In this document: positions 19,301 to 28,763 of the stretch, piece after piece
How positions within the stretch are numbered: the stretch's first letter is position 1
Layout of the letters: every line of letters starts with the position of its first letter
Assembly: GCA_025361445.1 (NCBI GenBank)
Contig: JANYLP010000015.1
Coordinates: 1-44,053, forward strand
From: Coriobacteriia bacterium
Lineage (GTDB): Bacteria > Actinomycetota > Coriobacteriia > Anaerosomatales > PALSA-660
Length of the DNA: 44,053 nucleotides
Direction: 5' to 3'
Made by a program: the position numbers and the translations under genes
Notes under the pieces: generated by a model
Seen by the model: only the letters and a program-made list of their open reading frames with translations
Told to the model about the DNA's origin: nothing
The model's database searches: none

Positions 19301-19962
19301 GCGTCCGGGAACCCGAGCCGCGCGCCCACGGCGGCGATGACCTTCAGGGCGACGCCGGCTCCGGCCAGGCCCGTGAAGGCGTAGGCGCCGAGCTTTGGAT
19401 CGCACACGGGCACGCCATCGGGCAGTCCCTCGCCCGGTTCGTGGTGGTCGGTCACGACGACGTCGACGCCCGCAGCACGGAGCATGCCGACCTCGCGCGC
19501 GCTGCCGATGCCACAGTCAACGGTGATGACGAGACCCGGGTTCATGGTGAGCACTCGGGCCACTGCCGCGTCCGAGAGCCCGTAGCCTTCTTCGAAACGG
19601 TGCGGGACGACCGCGCTCACGGTAGCGCCCATCGCCTCAAGGCCGCGGCAAGCGACCGCGGCCGCCGTCAGGCCATCGACGTCGAAGTCCCCGAACACGA
19701 CGATGGACCGGCCTTCCCGCACGGCAGCAGCGACCGCGTCGGCGCATGCGGGCATGCCGGGCAGCGTCTCGGGGTCGCGCCAGTCTCGCGCGAGGTCCGG
19801 GCTCAGAAAGCGCCGCGCCTCATCGGCCGTGGTGACTCCGCGCAGGGTGAGCACCCGCGCCACCACCGGCTCGAGCCCCGTGGAGGCCGCCAGTGCCGAG
19901 ACCGCGCCCTCGTCAACAGGGGCGCAGCTCCAAAGCGTGGATGAGTGGTGGGGGCTGGACAC
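16333..19962 (-). CDS. recJ: RecJ exonuclease fused to a HIRAN domain and a RecQ-like SF2 helicase, ending in a RecJ C-terminal-like domain
   Basis: DHH/DHHA1 motifs GDFDVDG, TVDCG, TDHH, GTVADIV, PRLNAAGR, GSGRS, FGGH; OB fold; HIRAN-like FHTKLAGVSFEG...RQPENEFDPNAIAV...IGFL; helicase motifs ATGRGKS, YPLRALVADQ, DEAH, TATA, ATSAFGEGVD, QMCGRAGRDG. Confidence 0.93.
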   Translation of the reverse strand: MSSPHHSSTLWSCAPVDEGAVSALAASTGLEPVVARVLTLRGVTTADEARRFLSPDLARDWRDPETLPGMPACADAVAAAVREGRSIVVFGDFDVDGLTAAAVACRGLEAMGATVSAVVPHRFEEGYGLSDAAVARVLTMNPGLVITVDCGIGSAREVGMLRAAGVDVVVTDHHEPGEGLPDGVPVCDPKLGAYAFTGLAGAGVALKVIAAVGARLGFPDAWLELTDLAAIGTVADIVPVLDENRALVAAGLAKARTSPRRGIAALCSVGRVDIATLTSDRIAFGLAPRLNAAGRIADPAEALELLLTDDAVRAAEIASALDGYNTVRQAAEADLSEEALRAAEVAWRPDCRVLVLAGEGWHEGVRGIVASRVAGRYGVPALIFSIEDGEARGSGRSVGQVDLHAALQACSDLLTRFGGHAAAVGATLPVASLGAFADRLQNALAALPAEAFGSRIVVDAELPLHDATRRLSVALSALEPFGQGNARPLMGTRGVFMSQRSLVGKAAEHLKFEAYDGISSIPAIAFRVPEAAALAGREAAVDLAYSLETDEWRGRERVQLVVRSIAVHEAPVDAPAAELVEELFADAARILARGEYEGIADAESFHTKLAGVSFEGRQDVVARLQPGMPLRLVRQPENEFDPNAIAVLAPTGEQIGFLNRRLASVLAPALDSGAEWDVSVTDVTGGDEAGARGVNVLFSRPGAEDEAERETEARVARRAELSALDPAERDAEITRALIGERVPHPAQVEALAHLAAGRSCLAVMATGRGKSFVFQSHAARVALARGEASVFVYPLRALVADQAFHLTEAFASLGLAVKVITGETAPGGRDEIFAALAEGGLDVLLTTPEFLERHAARFAQSSRVRFIVVDEAHHVGLARAGHRPAYSRLGDALETLGHPVVCAVTATAGDDAASVIRSTLGIDALVLDDTRRDNLRVADRRGLADKAGHLAAIAARGEKVIVYVNSRDESVRLAMRLRDASPHLAQRVAFYNGGVSRAARHAVERAFRAGDITAIVATSAFGEGVDIPDVRHVALYHLPFNRVEFNQMCGRAGRDGDQATVHLLFGERDGRVNELVLESGAPDLEELRALYAALRAMGNSAADGWVEVTNAELAAEVKKRRPRSRMTDRGASSGLGVFREVGLVTGEGSGAYRRLSLLPVDGKVDLTSSVRYAEGVEEAEEFAEFRTWVLAARAEELLAAFDRPILPTA

Positions 19963-19970
19963 GGTTCAGG

Positions 19971-19979
19971 ATGCTAGCA
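19971..19979 (-). promoter_or_regulatory. Extended -10 (TGcTAGCAT) 8 nt upstream of the recJ GTG; near-leaderless
   Basis: Minus strand cTGcTAGCATcctgaaccGTG; no SD sequence between the -10 and the start. Confidence 0.45.
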
Positions 19980-20064
19980 GACGGGCCCGACACGCTGACG
20001 TTCGCGTGCCGGGCCCGACGGGAGCACCTACCGGCACCGCATCAGCGGCGCGTCGCTTGACGCA

Positions 20065-20964
20065 TCACTTGGCAGCGGCGAACTTCTTTGCGAGCGCCTG
20101 GTAGCGCGGCTCGCGCTCCTTCCACATCGCGTAGAGCGGTGCTGCGACGCCAACCGACGAATATGCGCCGGAGAGCAGTCCGATGGTGAGCGCGAATGCG
20201 AAGTCCTTCAGCGTGTCCTGCCCGAAGATGAGCAGGCACACGACCGGGATCAGCGACGACAGGCCGGTGTTGATCCAGCGCGCGAGCACCTGGTTCAGCG
20301 AGTCGTTGGCCATCGACATGAAGGTCTTTTTGGTCAGGCTCTGGGTGTTCTCACGGATCCGATGGAACACGACGATCGTGTCGTAGAGCGAGTATCCGAG
20401 GATCGTCAGGAGCGCGGCGACCGTGTTCGGCGTCAGCTCCCGTCCCAGCAGGGCATAGAGGCCGAGCGTGATGAGAGCGTCATGCACGAGTGCGACGACG
20501 CCCGTGACGGCCATCTTGTACTCGAACCGGATCGAGACGTAGAGCAGGATCGCGATGATCGACACGGCGAGAGCGAGCATCGCAGCGTTCGTGATCCCGG
20601 CTCCCCACTCGGGCCCGATCGTGCTTACCTGCGTGTCGGCGGCAGCGACGCCGAGGGCGGTGGCCACCTCGGCGGCCTGCCTTCCGGCGACCGTCGCACT
20701 CGGCTCGGTCGAGCGGACGATGAAGCCGGAGCCGATGGTCTGGACGGTCCCGTCGACGATGTTGGCCTTGACGACCGCGTCACGGACCTCCGTGAGTGTC
20801 ACGGCCGTCGAGCCGCTGAGCGTGATCTTGGTGCCGCCCTTGAACTCGTATCCGAGGGTCAGGCCCTTGAATGCGAGCGAACCGATGGCGACCGCCAGAA
20901 CCACGGACGAAGCCAGGAAGAGCCACTTGCGATTGCCCATGAAGTCGATGTAGGGCCTACGCAT
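20065..20964 (-). CDS. secF: Protein translocase subunit SecF
   Basis: GYEFKGG, HDALI, LTILGYSLYDTIVVFHRIRE and GAYSS motifs. Confidence 0.97.
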   Translation of the reverse strand: MRRPYIDFMGNRKWLFLASSVVLAVAIGSLAFKGLTLGYEFKGGTKITLSGSTAVTLTEVRDAVVKANIVDGTVQTIGSGFIVRSTEPSATVAGRQAAEVATALGVAAADTQVSTIGPEWGAGITNAAMLALAVSIIAILLYVSIRFEYKMAVTGVVALVHDALITLGLYALLGRELTPNTVAALLTILGYSLYDTIVVFHRIRENTQSLTKKTFMSMANDSLNQVLARWINTGLSSLIPVVCLLIFGQDTLKDFAFALTIGLLSGAYSSVGVAAPLYAMWKEREPRYQALAKKFAAAK

Positions 20965-22576
20965 CTGCGCGACCGCCCTTCACGCCGAAGAAAGCGGGGA
21001 TCTTGGCGACCACGCTCTCCGAGAGAAGGATGACCATCGGGCGCGTGAAGAGCAGCGCGATAGCCATGTCGCACACGATACCGATCATGAGCGTGAGCGC
21101 GAAGCCCTTGACCGTGCCGCTCGCGAACAGGAACAGCGGGATCGCGCTGGCGAACGTCACGGCGTCGGCGTCGAGCGAAGTCAGGATCGCGTGCTTCGAG
21201 CCCGACTTCGCAGCCGTGCGCGGGGTGCGGCCCATCGCGATCTCTTCCTTGTAGCGCTCGAAGATCAGGATCGACGTGTCGGCCGCGAGACCGATCGATA
21301 GCACGATGCCGGCGATACCCGGCAGCGAGAGCGCGTACTGGCCAGCATGGGAGAGCAGCGAGAGCAGACCCAGGTAGACGACCGCGAAGGCACCGAGCGA
21401 GAACCACGAGAGCACGCCGAACCCGCGGTAGTAGATCCCGAGGTAGATGCAGACGATCACGAGCCCGACAAGGGCGGCCAGTATGCCCTTCGCGAGCGCG
21501 TCCTGGCCGAGCGTCGGGCCGACACTCTCGGTCTGAGAAGCCTGCAGGTTGACGGGCAGGGCGCCCGACTTGAGGATCGCAGCGAGCGTCTTGGCCTCGT
21601 CGGCGGTGAAGCTGCCACTGATCTCGGTCTTGCCGTCCGGGATGGAGCTCAGTACCGACGGGGCCGACTTCACGATGCCGTCGAGCACGATCGCGACGCG
21701 CGCCCGGGTTGGTGCCGCCTTGGCGGTCACCTTGGCCCAGATGTCGGTGCCCGCCGGATTGAAGGTCATGTTGACGACGTATCCGGGCTTCAGCTTATCG
21801 CCGCTCGCACCGGCCGAGGCGTCGGTGATGACCTCGCCGGTCATGAAGGCCTTGTAGGTACCGGGGACCATGACGTAGCCATCCTGGATCAGGCCCTGCG
21901 TCGTGGTGTCGAGGCTGGAGACCTCGAGGAACTCGAGCTGACCGGTCGAGCCGAGCGCCTTGAGCGCCGCCTGCGAGTCCTTGACTCCCGGCAGCTGCAC
22001 GAGGATGGCCTTGCTGTCGCTCTCGAGCTGAACGGTGGCCTCCGACACGCCCAGTCCGTTCACGCGGTTGCTCATGATCGTGAGCGCGCGCGACATCGCC
22101 GCAGCATCCGCCGGCTTGGTCGGTGTCAGCGTCACGGACAGTCCACCGCGAAGGTCGAGGCTCTGCGTGATGCTGGGGCGCCCCTCTTCCATCGTGAACT
22201 CCTGCGCGTGCACGGTGAATGTCGTCCCGTACGAGACGAGCGCTTCGCGCACAGGCAGACCGCCAACGAACACCGGCTCCGTCGTGTCGGCGGAAGCAAC
22301 GATGCGCCAGCTTTCACCAGCGGTCGAGGTCGATTCCGTGACCCGCGAGAGCGTGGCCAGCGTCGTCCCGGGCTGCCCTGAAGCGACGACCTCCACTGCG
22401 CCGCCATTGAGCACGATGCTCGCGGCGGACTGTGTGAGCGTGAAGCTCTGCTTCGCGGCCGCGGTCCTCCACGAAACCGTGTCGGACTGCTTGAGTGGCA
22501 GCAGCGAGAAGAGGGATCCGATCAGCAGTACGATCAGGCCCCCGACGGCGAGTAGGTTCTTCTGCCTCGATTTCAT
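20957..22576 (-). CDS. secD: Protein translocase subunit SecD with N-terminal extracytoplasmic insertion
   Basis: LDLRGG, RVNGLGVSE, VQLPG, AIVLDG, GALP, VGPTLG, LPGIAG, ILIFER and KGFA motifs. Confidence 0.96.
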   Translation of the reverse strand: MKSRQKNLLAVGGLIVLLIGSLFSLLPLKQSDTVSWRTAAAKQSFTLTQSAASIVLNGGAVEVVASGQPGTTLATLSRVTESTSTAGESWRIVASADTTEPVFVGGLPVREALVSYGTTFTVHAQEFTMEEGRPSITQSLDLRGGLSVTLTPTKPADAAAMSRALTIMSNRVNGLGVSEATVQLESDSKAILVQLPGVKDSQAALKALGSTGQLEFLEVSSLDTTTQGLIQDGYVMVPGTYKAFMTGEVITDASAGASGDKLKPGYVVNMTFNPAGTDIWAKVTAKAAPTRARVAIVLDGIVKSAPSVLSSIPDGKTEISGSFTADEAKTLAAILKSGALPVNLQASQTESVGPTLGQDALAKGILAALVGLVIVCIYLGIYYRGFGVLSWFSLGAFAVVYLGLLSLLSHAGQYALSLPGIAGIVLSIGLAADTSILIFERYKEEIAMGRTPRTAAKSGSKHAILTSLDADAVTFASAIPLFLFASGTVKGFALTLMIGIVCDMAIALLFTRPMVILLSESVVAKIPAFFGVKGGRADA

Positions 22577-22685
22577 TCCTTGCCTTCCGCTCGCATTCCT
22601 TCAGCACACGACAACCGCCCCCCTGCTGACCGGCGGCGGCACATCGGGGAGACGATACACCATTGTCCGGACGTTTCGGGCGGCT

Positions 22686-23426
22686 CTAGAGCAGCTTCGT
22701 ACCGTTTATCTCGAGATGGAACGTCGCGTCGAGCACCGAAGCAGCCGCGCGACACATCTGCATGCGGGAGAGGAATATCTCGAAGTACTCCATGACCTGG
22801 CTCGCCGAGGTGTCGATGTCGAGTTCCAGCGTGAGCGTGCGCGCCGCGCCGTCCACGCGCAGGAACGACCGGCTCGCGGCGTGGTTGACGCGGTCGTGGA
22901 TGTCGAACGCCGCGGGATCGGGATTACGCACCCGTGTGTGATGGACGTCGGACTTGTCGGCGATGATCGTCGCGGCCCCTACCGGGTTGGCGGGGGTGCC
23001 GAACTCCTCTTCATGGTTGCCGAGCGCATTCATGATGTGGATGGTCTCGATGGGGTCCATCCCGAGTTCGCGCAGCACCTCGCGCGCGAGCATCGCCGAG
23101 CTGACGCCGTGGTGGTCACGTCCGATGCAGTTGCCGATGTCGTGAGTGAAGCCGGCGATCTCGGCGAGCTCCACCTGGCGCTCCTCGAAGCCCAGCCGCC
23201 GCATGATGTTCCCGGCGATGTGGGAGACCAGGTTCGCGTGACGGAAGCCGTGCTCCGTGTAGCCGATGGCGCCAAGGTACTCGTCGGCGACCTCGATCAT
23301 CGCCTTGACGTCCGGAGAGGCCACCACGTCCGCGATGGTCACGCGGCGCCACACCGTCGGCGACGGTGCGGGCGCGGGCGGCTCGACGTCCCCGGCCGCC
23401 GAGGTGGGGATCCCGGTGTCACTCAT
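22686..23426 (-). CDS. HD-domain phosphohydrolase
   Basis: GYTEHGFRH...HDIGN...H...ADKSD metal-binding motifs; overlaps the yajC stop by 8 nt. Confidence 0.88.
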   Translation of the reverse strand: MSDTGIPTSAAGDVEPPAPAPSPTVWRRVTIADVVASPDVKAMIEVADEYLGAIGYTEHGFRHANLVSHIAGNIMRRLGFEERQVELAEIAGFTHDIGNCIGRDHHGVSSAMLAREVLRELGMDPIETIHIMNALGNHEEEFGTPANPVGAATIIADKSDVHHTRVRNPDPAAFDIHDRVNHAASRSFLRVDGAARTLTLELDIDTSASQVMEYFEIFLSRMQMCRAAASVLDATFHLEINGTKLL

Positions 23427-23709
23427 CGACGGGAGCGACGTCCTCGGTCATGCGTTCGATGATGGCGCGCTTCGTGAACTGCCCGACGACACCGGGGGCG
23501 ATCTCGATGTTCAGGACGTCGCCGTCGACGGAGCGCAGCGTGCCGATGAGGCCGCCGGCGGTCATCAGTCGATCACCGGGAGCGAGCGCAGCGAGCATCT
23601 CGGTCGACTTCTTGCGCTGCGTCTGCTGGGGACGGAACCACAGGAAGTAGAACACTCCCCCTATGAGAACCATGTAGACGATGAAGGAGGTGATCTCGGA
23701 ACTGCTCAT
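23419..23709 (-). CDS. yajC: Preprotein translocase subunit YajC
   Basis: MSSSEITSFIVYMVLIGGVFYFLWFRPQQTQRKK...LAPGDRLMTAGGLIG; this is the C-terminal part of the 440-aa track ORF. GGGAG RBS before ATG 23709. Confidence 0.93.
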   Translation of the reverse strand: MSSSEITSFIVYMVLIGGVFYFLWFRPQQTQRKKSTEMLAALAPGDRLMTAGGLIGTLRSVDGDVLNIEIAPGVVGQFTKRAIIERMTEDVAPVDE

Positions 23710-23815
23710 GAGGAGTGACTCCCGTCGATACGGGCACGAGATCCGAGTCCGCGGGACCCGTGCGATGGTGTCCGGTGCGCGCAACGGCCGCGAGAACAGC
23801 GGTCGGAGCGTTCCG

Positions 23816-23824
23816 ATGATAGCA
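23816..23824 (-). promoter_or_regulatory. Extended -10 promoter (TGcTATCAT) for yajC-HD-secDF
   Basis: Minus strand ggTGcTATCATcgg in the tgt/yajC gap. Confidence 0.5.
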
Positions 23825-23876
23825 CCGCCACTCGCGCGCTCGTGTGCGCACACGCGAGGGCGCGCGCCCGCCATGG

Positions 23877-25100
<1,224 letters not shown>

Positions 25101-25113
25101 AAGAGAGCGTGGG

Positions 25114-25671
25114 ATGAAGCAGCCCCAGCGTGACGATCCAGAATTGGTTCGGGCGGCGAACGACGGCGACGTCGGCGCGTTCGAAGAGCTCGTTAGAGCG
25201 CACACCGATGCGGTCTACGCGCACGCGTACCGGTTCTTCGGGGACATCAACGCCGCTCAGGACGCGACGCAGGAGGTGTGGATCAAGGTGTATCAGGCGC
25301 TACCGGAGTTTCAGGGTCGCTCAGCGGTCTCGACCTGGCTGTTCCGTATCACCCGGAACACCTGCCTCGACATGCTCCGGGCCGGCCGTCGCGTTGCGAC
25401 GCCGATCGACCCGCTCGACGTGACCGGGGCGGCTTCCGATGACACGGCGGGTGACGCGGGCAGCAGGGTTGACCTTCAGACCGCGCTGCGCGCCATCTCC
25501 CCGGAAGACCGTGACGCCTTCAACGCCGTAGCGCTGTTCGGCCTGCCGTACGCCGACGCCGGGACCGCCCTCGGTGTCCCGGCAGGCACGGTGAAGTCGC
25601 GCGTGTTCCGTGCCCGAAGAGCGCTCATCGCACTACTCTCCCTCGATGCGCAGGGAGGTGTCGCCCGATGA
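25114..25671 (+). CDS. ECF (group 4) RNA polymerase sigma factor
   Basis: GDVGAFEELV, AQDATQEVWIKVY, STWLFRITRNTCLD and GVPAGTVKSRVFRAR motifs. Start uncertain (25051, 25060 or 25114). Confidence 0.92.
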   Translation: MKQPQRDDPELVRAANDGDVGAFEELVRAHTDAVYAHAYRFFGDINAAQDATQEVWIKVYQALPEFQGRSAVSTWLFRITRNTCLDMLRAGRRVATPIDPLDVTGAASDDTAGDAGSRVDLQTALRAISPEDRDAFNAVALFGLPYADAGTALGVPAGTVKSRVFRARRALIALLSLDAQGGVAR

Positions 25672-26756
25672 CCTGCCTCGAAGCACAGGCGCTCTTCTCT
25701 GCCGAACACGATGGTGAGACCGTCTCCGAAGCCGAACTCGCGGCCGCAAGCGCACATTGTGAGGAGTGCGCGGAGTGCTCCGCGTTCGCTGCCGGCATTC
25801 GGTGGCTGGACGAAGCGCAGGTGCCTGCCGCACCCGAGGGTCTCGTTGAGCGGATACTCGCCGCAGTCGCACCCCTTCAGGAAGCGCGCGAAAATGCCAT
25901 AGCGCTTGCCGCCGACGAGGATGAGGTCGCCGGTCTGGGGCTGGAGCTTCCCGTCCCGGAAGAGGATCCTGCGCCCGTCGACTGGCTGGCCGAGTCCCCC
26001 ACCGTTCCCACTCCGACGATCTGGTCCCGCTTCGAGTGGTTCCAGGGTCCGACACGCTGGGCCTCTTTCGGAGCGATCGGCGCGCTTGCGGCGACCGCGC
26101 TCATCGCGTTCGTCGTCACGGGGATCGGCACTCCGCCCAAGACGGCGGACACGACGCTCACCGCGGGTAGCACCAGCGCTGCGCCGGAAGCGTCGTTCGG
26201 TTCTGCCGCACAAAAGGCCGCCCCTGCGGCGAGCGATGGGCGGGTGAACGCGGCCCCCGTACAGGCGCCCGACCTGGTGCTCTACAAGGAGTTCGTCTAC
26301 AGGCCCGGCGCGCTCCTGGCCGATGCCTCCGGTGCGACCCCCACGATCGGGACGCTCACGACCGCATTCGCTTCGGGCAGCGTGCGCACCGCACCGGTGT
26401 ATCGCTCGCCCCTGACCGATGGTTCCATCGTCGTGAAGGGGCCCGACGGGCTTCGCGTCTACGCCCCGGTCGTCCGGATGCGTTCCAGCGTTCGCTACCA
26501 GCTCACCTCGGGAGGTCCGATCGAGAGGTTCGGCGTCTGGCCCATACTGCCGACACGCTTCCCGGTTCCCTCGACAGCTGACGGGACCCCCTCGTTCGTC
26601 GTTGCCGGTACCGACGCGGACAACGTCACGATCTACGCCGCGACGGGCCGCCCCACAAGCGAGGGTTTCGCCGTGGCGCCGGGTACGCCGACGACCGACC
26701 CAGCCGGAGGAAACCCGAACTGGACGTGGTGGGCCCCGGCGCCCGCCAATCCCTAG
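25668..26756 (+). CDS. Membrane-anchored zinc-binding (zf-HC2/ZAS) anti-sigma factor with extracytoplasmic domain
   Basis: MTCLEAQ...AHCEECAEC (HxxxCxxC), TM helix WASFGAIGALAATALIAFVV, beta-rich C-terminal region; ATGA overlap with the ECF sigma. Confidence 0.85.
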   Translation: MTCLEAQALFSAEHDGETVSEAELAAASAHCEECAECSAFAAGIRWLDEAQVPAAPEGLVERILAAVAPLQEARENAIALAADEDEVAGLGLELPVPEEDPAPVDWLAESPTVPTPTIWSRFEWFQGPTRWASFGAIGALAATALIAFVVTGIGTPPKTADTTLTAGSTSAAPEASFGSAAQKAAPAASDGRVNAAPVQAPDLVLYKEFVYRPGALLADASGATPTIGTLTTAFASGSVRTAPVYRSPLTDGSIVVKGPDGLRVYAPVVRMRSSVRYQLTSGGPIERFGVWPILPTRFPVPSTADGTPSFVVAGTDADNVTIYAATGRPTSEGFAVAPGTPTTDPAGGNPNWTWWAPAPANP

Positions 26757-26819
26757 CGGGATCCGCACAACCGACGATCATCGAAACGGCCCCGCGCACC
26801 TGCCCGGAGCCGTTCGGTA

Positions 26820-27854
26820 TCACTCGATGAGCATCGCATCGCCGAAGCTGAGGAACCGGTAGCGCTCGGCGACCGCGAACTCGTATGCCCGCATGATCGC
26901 ATCGCGCCCCGCGAACGCACTGACGAGCATCATCAGAGTCGAGCGCGGGACGTGGAAGTTCGTGATCATCGCGTCGATGGTGCGGAAGCGGTATCCGGGC
27001 AGCACGAAGAGCGAACTTGCGCCTTCGGTGGCGACCACCGCGCCCGCCTCATCGCTGTAGGCCGTCTCAAGGGCCCGAACGGTCGTGGTACCCACCGCGA
27101 TGACTCGGCCTCCGCGCTCTCTGCATTCGGCGATGGCATCGGCCGTGTAGGCCGGCACCCGGAAGTGTTCGGTATGGATGTGGTGGTCCTCGGCGCGATC
27201 CTCGGTGACGGGCCGGAACGTATCGAGTCCCACGTCGAGTTCGACGCGCGCGAGATGGGTGCCGCGTTCGACGATGGAGTCGAGCAGCTCGCTCGTGAAG
27301 TGCAGGCCTGCAGTGGGTGCGGCCGCGCTGCGCTCGTCCGTGGAGAACACCGTCTGATAGAGCTCCGGATCGGCAAGCGGGCGCGTGATGTAGGGCGGGA
27401 GCGGTACCTCGCCCAACCGATGCAGCACGTCTGTGAAACGCTCGCTCCCCGCATCGAACTGGACGACGCGCACGCCCGAGTCCTCGGCGACGTCGACGAC
27501 GAGCCCGGCAAGCTCACCGGTGCCGAAGACGATCCGGGCGCCGGGGCGCAGCTTCCGGCCGGGACGCACCAGGCACTCCCACGTATCGCTCCCGCGGTCC
27601 TTGAGCAGCAGGACCTCGACCGCAGCGCCGCCATCCTGTTTGACCCCCCGCAGCCGGGCCGGCATGACCCGGGTCTCGTTCACGACGAGGAGGTCGCCGC
27701 GTCGGAAGTGATCGGCGATGCCGGAGAACACCTCGTGCGAGACCGCGCCGCTCGAGCGCTGGAGCACGAGCAGGCGACAGCTGTCACGCGGCTCGGCAGG
27801 GCTCTGCGCGATCAGCCCGGTCGGGAGCTCGTAGTCGAAGTCGTCCGTAAGCAC
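26820..27854 (-). CDS. queA: S-adenosylmethionine:tRNA ribosyltransferase-isomerase
   Basis: FDYELP, LIAQ, VPLPPYI, YQTVF, AAPTAGLHF, AVGTT, TNFHVP and YRFLSFGDAM motifs. Confidence 0.98.
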   Translation of the reverse strand: MLTDDFDYELPTGLIAQSPAEPRDSCRLLVLQRSSGAVSHEVFSGIADHFRRGDLLVVNETRVMPARLRGVKQDGGAAVEVLLLKDRGSDTWECLVRPGRKLRPGARIVFGTGELAGLVVDVAEDSGVRVVQFDAGSERFTDVLHRLGEVPLPPYITRPLADPELYQTVFSTDERSAAAPTAGLHFTSELLDSIVERGTHLARVELDVGLDTFRPVTEDRAEDHHIHTEHFRVPAYTADAIAECRERGGRVIAVGTTTVRALETAYSDEAGAVVATEGASSLFVLPGYRFRTIDAMITNFHVPRSTLMMLVSAFAGRDAIMRAYEFAVAERYRFLSFGDAMLIE

Positions 27855-27977
27855 CTTTGCTGCTTCCCTTCGCGTGCCGTGTCGGCGTTCCGCGCCCGAG
27901 TGTAGCCGAGCGCAACGCGACCGATGGGCTCGGCTCTCTGTCGCAGATACGCCTCATCGGGTACCATGTGCCGCGCC

Positions 27978-28763
27978 ATGGTAAACGAGGCTTGGTCCCC
28001 AGCGGACCTCCACATACACACAACGGCGTCCGACGGCGTCGCCACCCCCTCCGAGGTCCTCGACTGGGTGTGCGAGCGAACCGATCTCAAGGTCATCGCC
28101 ATCGCCGATCACAACACCAACGTGGGCGCGATCGAGGCTTCCCGTCTCGCCATCGAACGCGGACTTCCGATCGAAGTCGTCATCGCACAGGAAGTCGAAA
28201 GCGCTGAGGGCCACATCCTCGGCCTGTGGACCCCCGAAATCATCAGTCCGGCGATGAGCGCCGCCGATACCGTCGCGGCGATACACGCCCAGGGCGGACT
28301 CGCGGTCGCCGCCCACCCGTTCGCGCCGCGCCTGTGGTCTCGTGCGGGGCTGGACCGTGGAAACCGGACCATCTACGGCAGCGTCGACTACGACGCCATC
28401 GAAGTCGCCAACTCCACGCCGTTGCTCTTCGTCGCGAACTTCCTCGCGCAGCTCTACCAGCATTCGCGCAGCGACCGTTTCGCGTGCACGGGTGGGAGCG
28501 ACGCACACATCCTCAACGTGATCGGCTCATCGCGGACCTACTTCGCGGGCGAGACCGCTGCCGATCTCCGCGTGGCGATCGAGGAACGCACGTCTCGCGT
28601 CTCGCGTCCCGGTTACAGCCCTATGCGCCAGATGCGCTATGCGCGCAACGTGCCGCACATCATGGCGCGCGACCGCGAGCGCAAGGCCCGCGAGGTCGAG
28701 GCGGGCATCCGGGAACCGAAACCCGAGAGGCGAGAGACACGCGCCGAGAGGCGCAAACGCTAG
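27978..28763 (+). CDS. PHP-domain metal-dependent phosphoesterase
   Basis: DLHIHT..SDG, ADHN, QEV, GHI, AHP, IEV.N and GGSDAH motifs. Start uncertain (27966 or 27978). Confidence 0.88.
   Translation: MVNEAWSPADLHIHTTASDGVATPSEVLDWVCERTDLKVIAIADHNTNVGAIEASRLAIERGLPIEVVIAQEVESAEGHILGLWTPEIISPAMSAADTVAAIHAQGGLAVAAHPFAPRLWSRAGLDRGNRTIYGSVDYDAIEVANSTPLLFVANFLAQLYQHSRSDRFACTGGSDAHILNVIGSSRTYFAGETAADLRVAIEERTSRVSRPGYSPMRQMRYARNVPHIMARDRERKAREVEAGIREPKPERRETRAERRKR

Noticed and set aside
26757-26819. Bidirectional terminator between the anti-sigma gene and queA
   Set aside because: Only an imperfect aacggc/gccgtt stem with a large loop and no U-tract; too weak to call.
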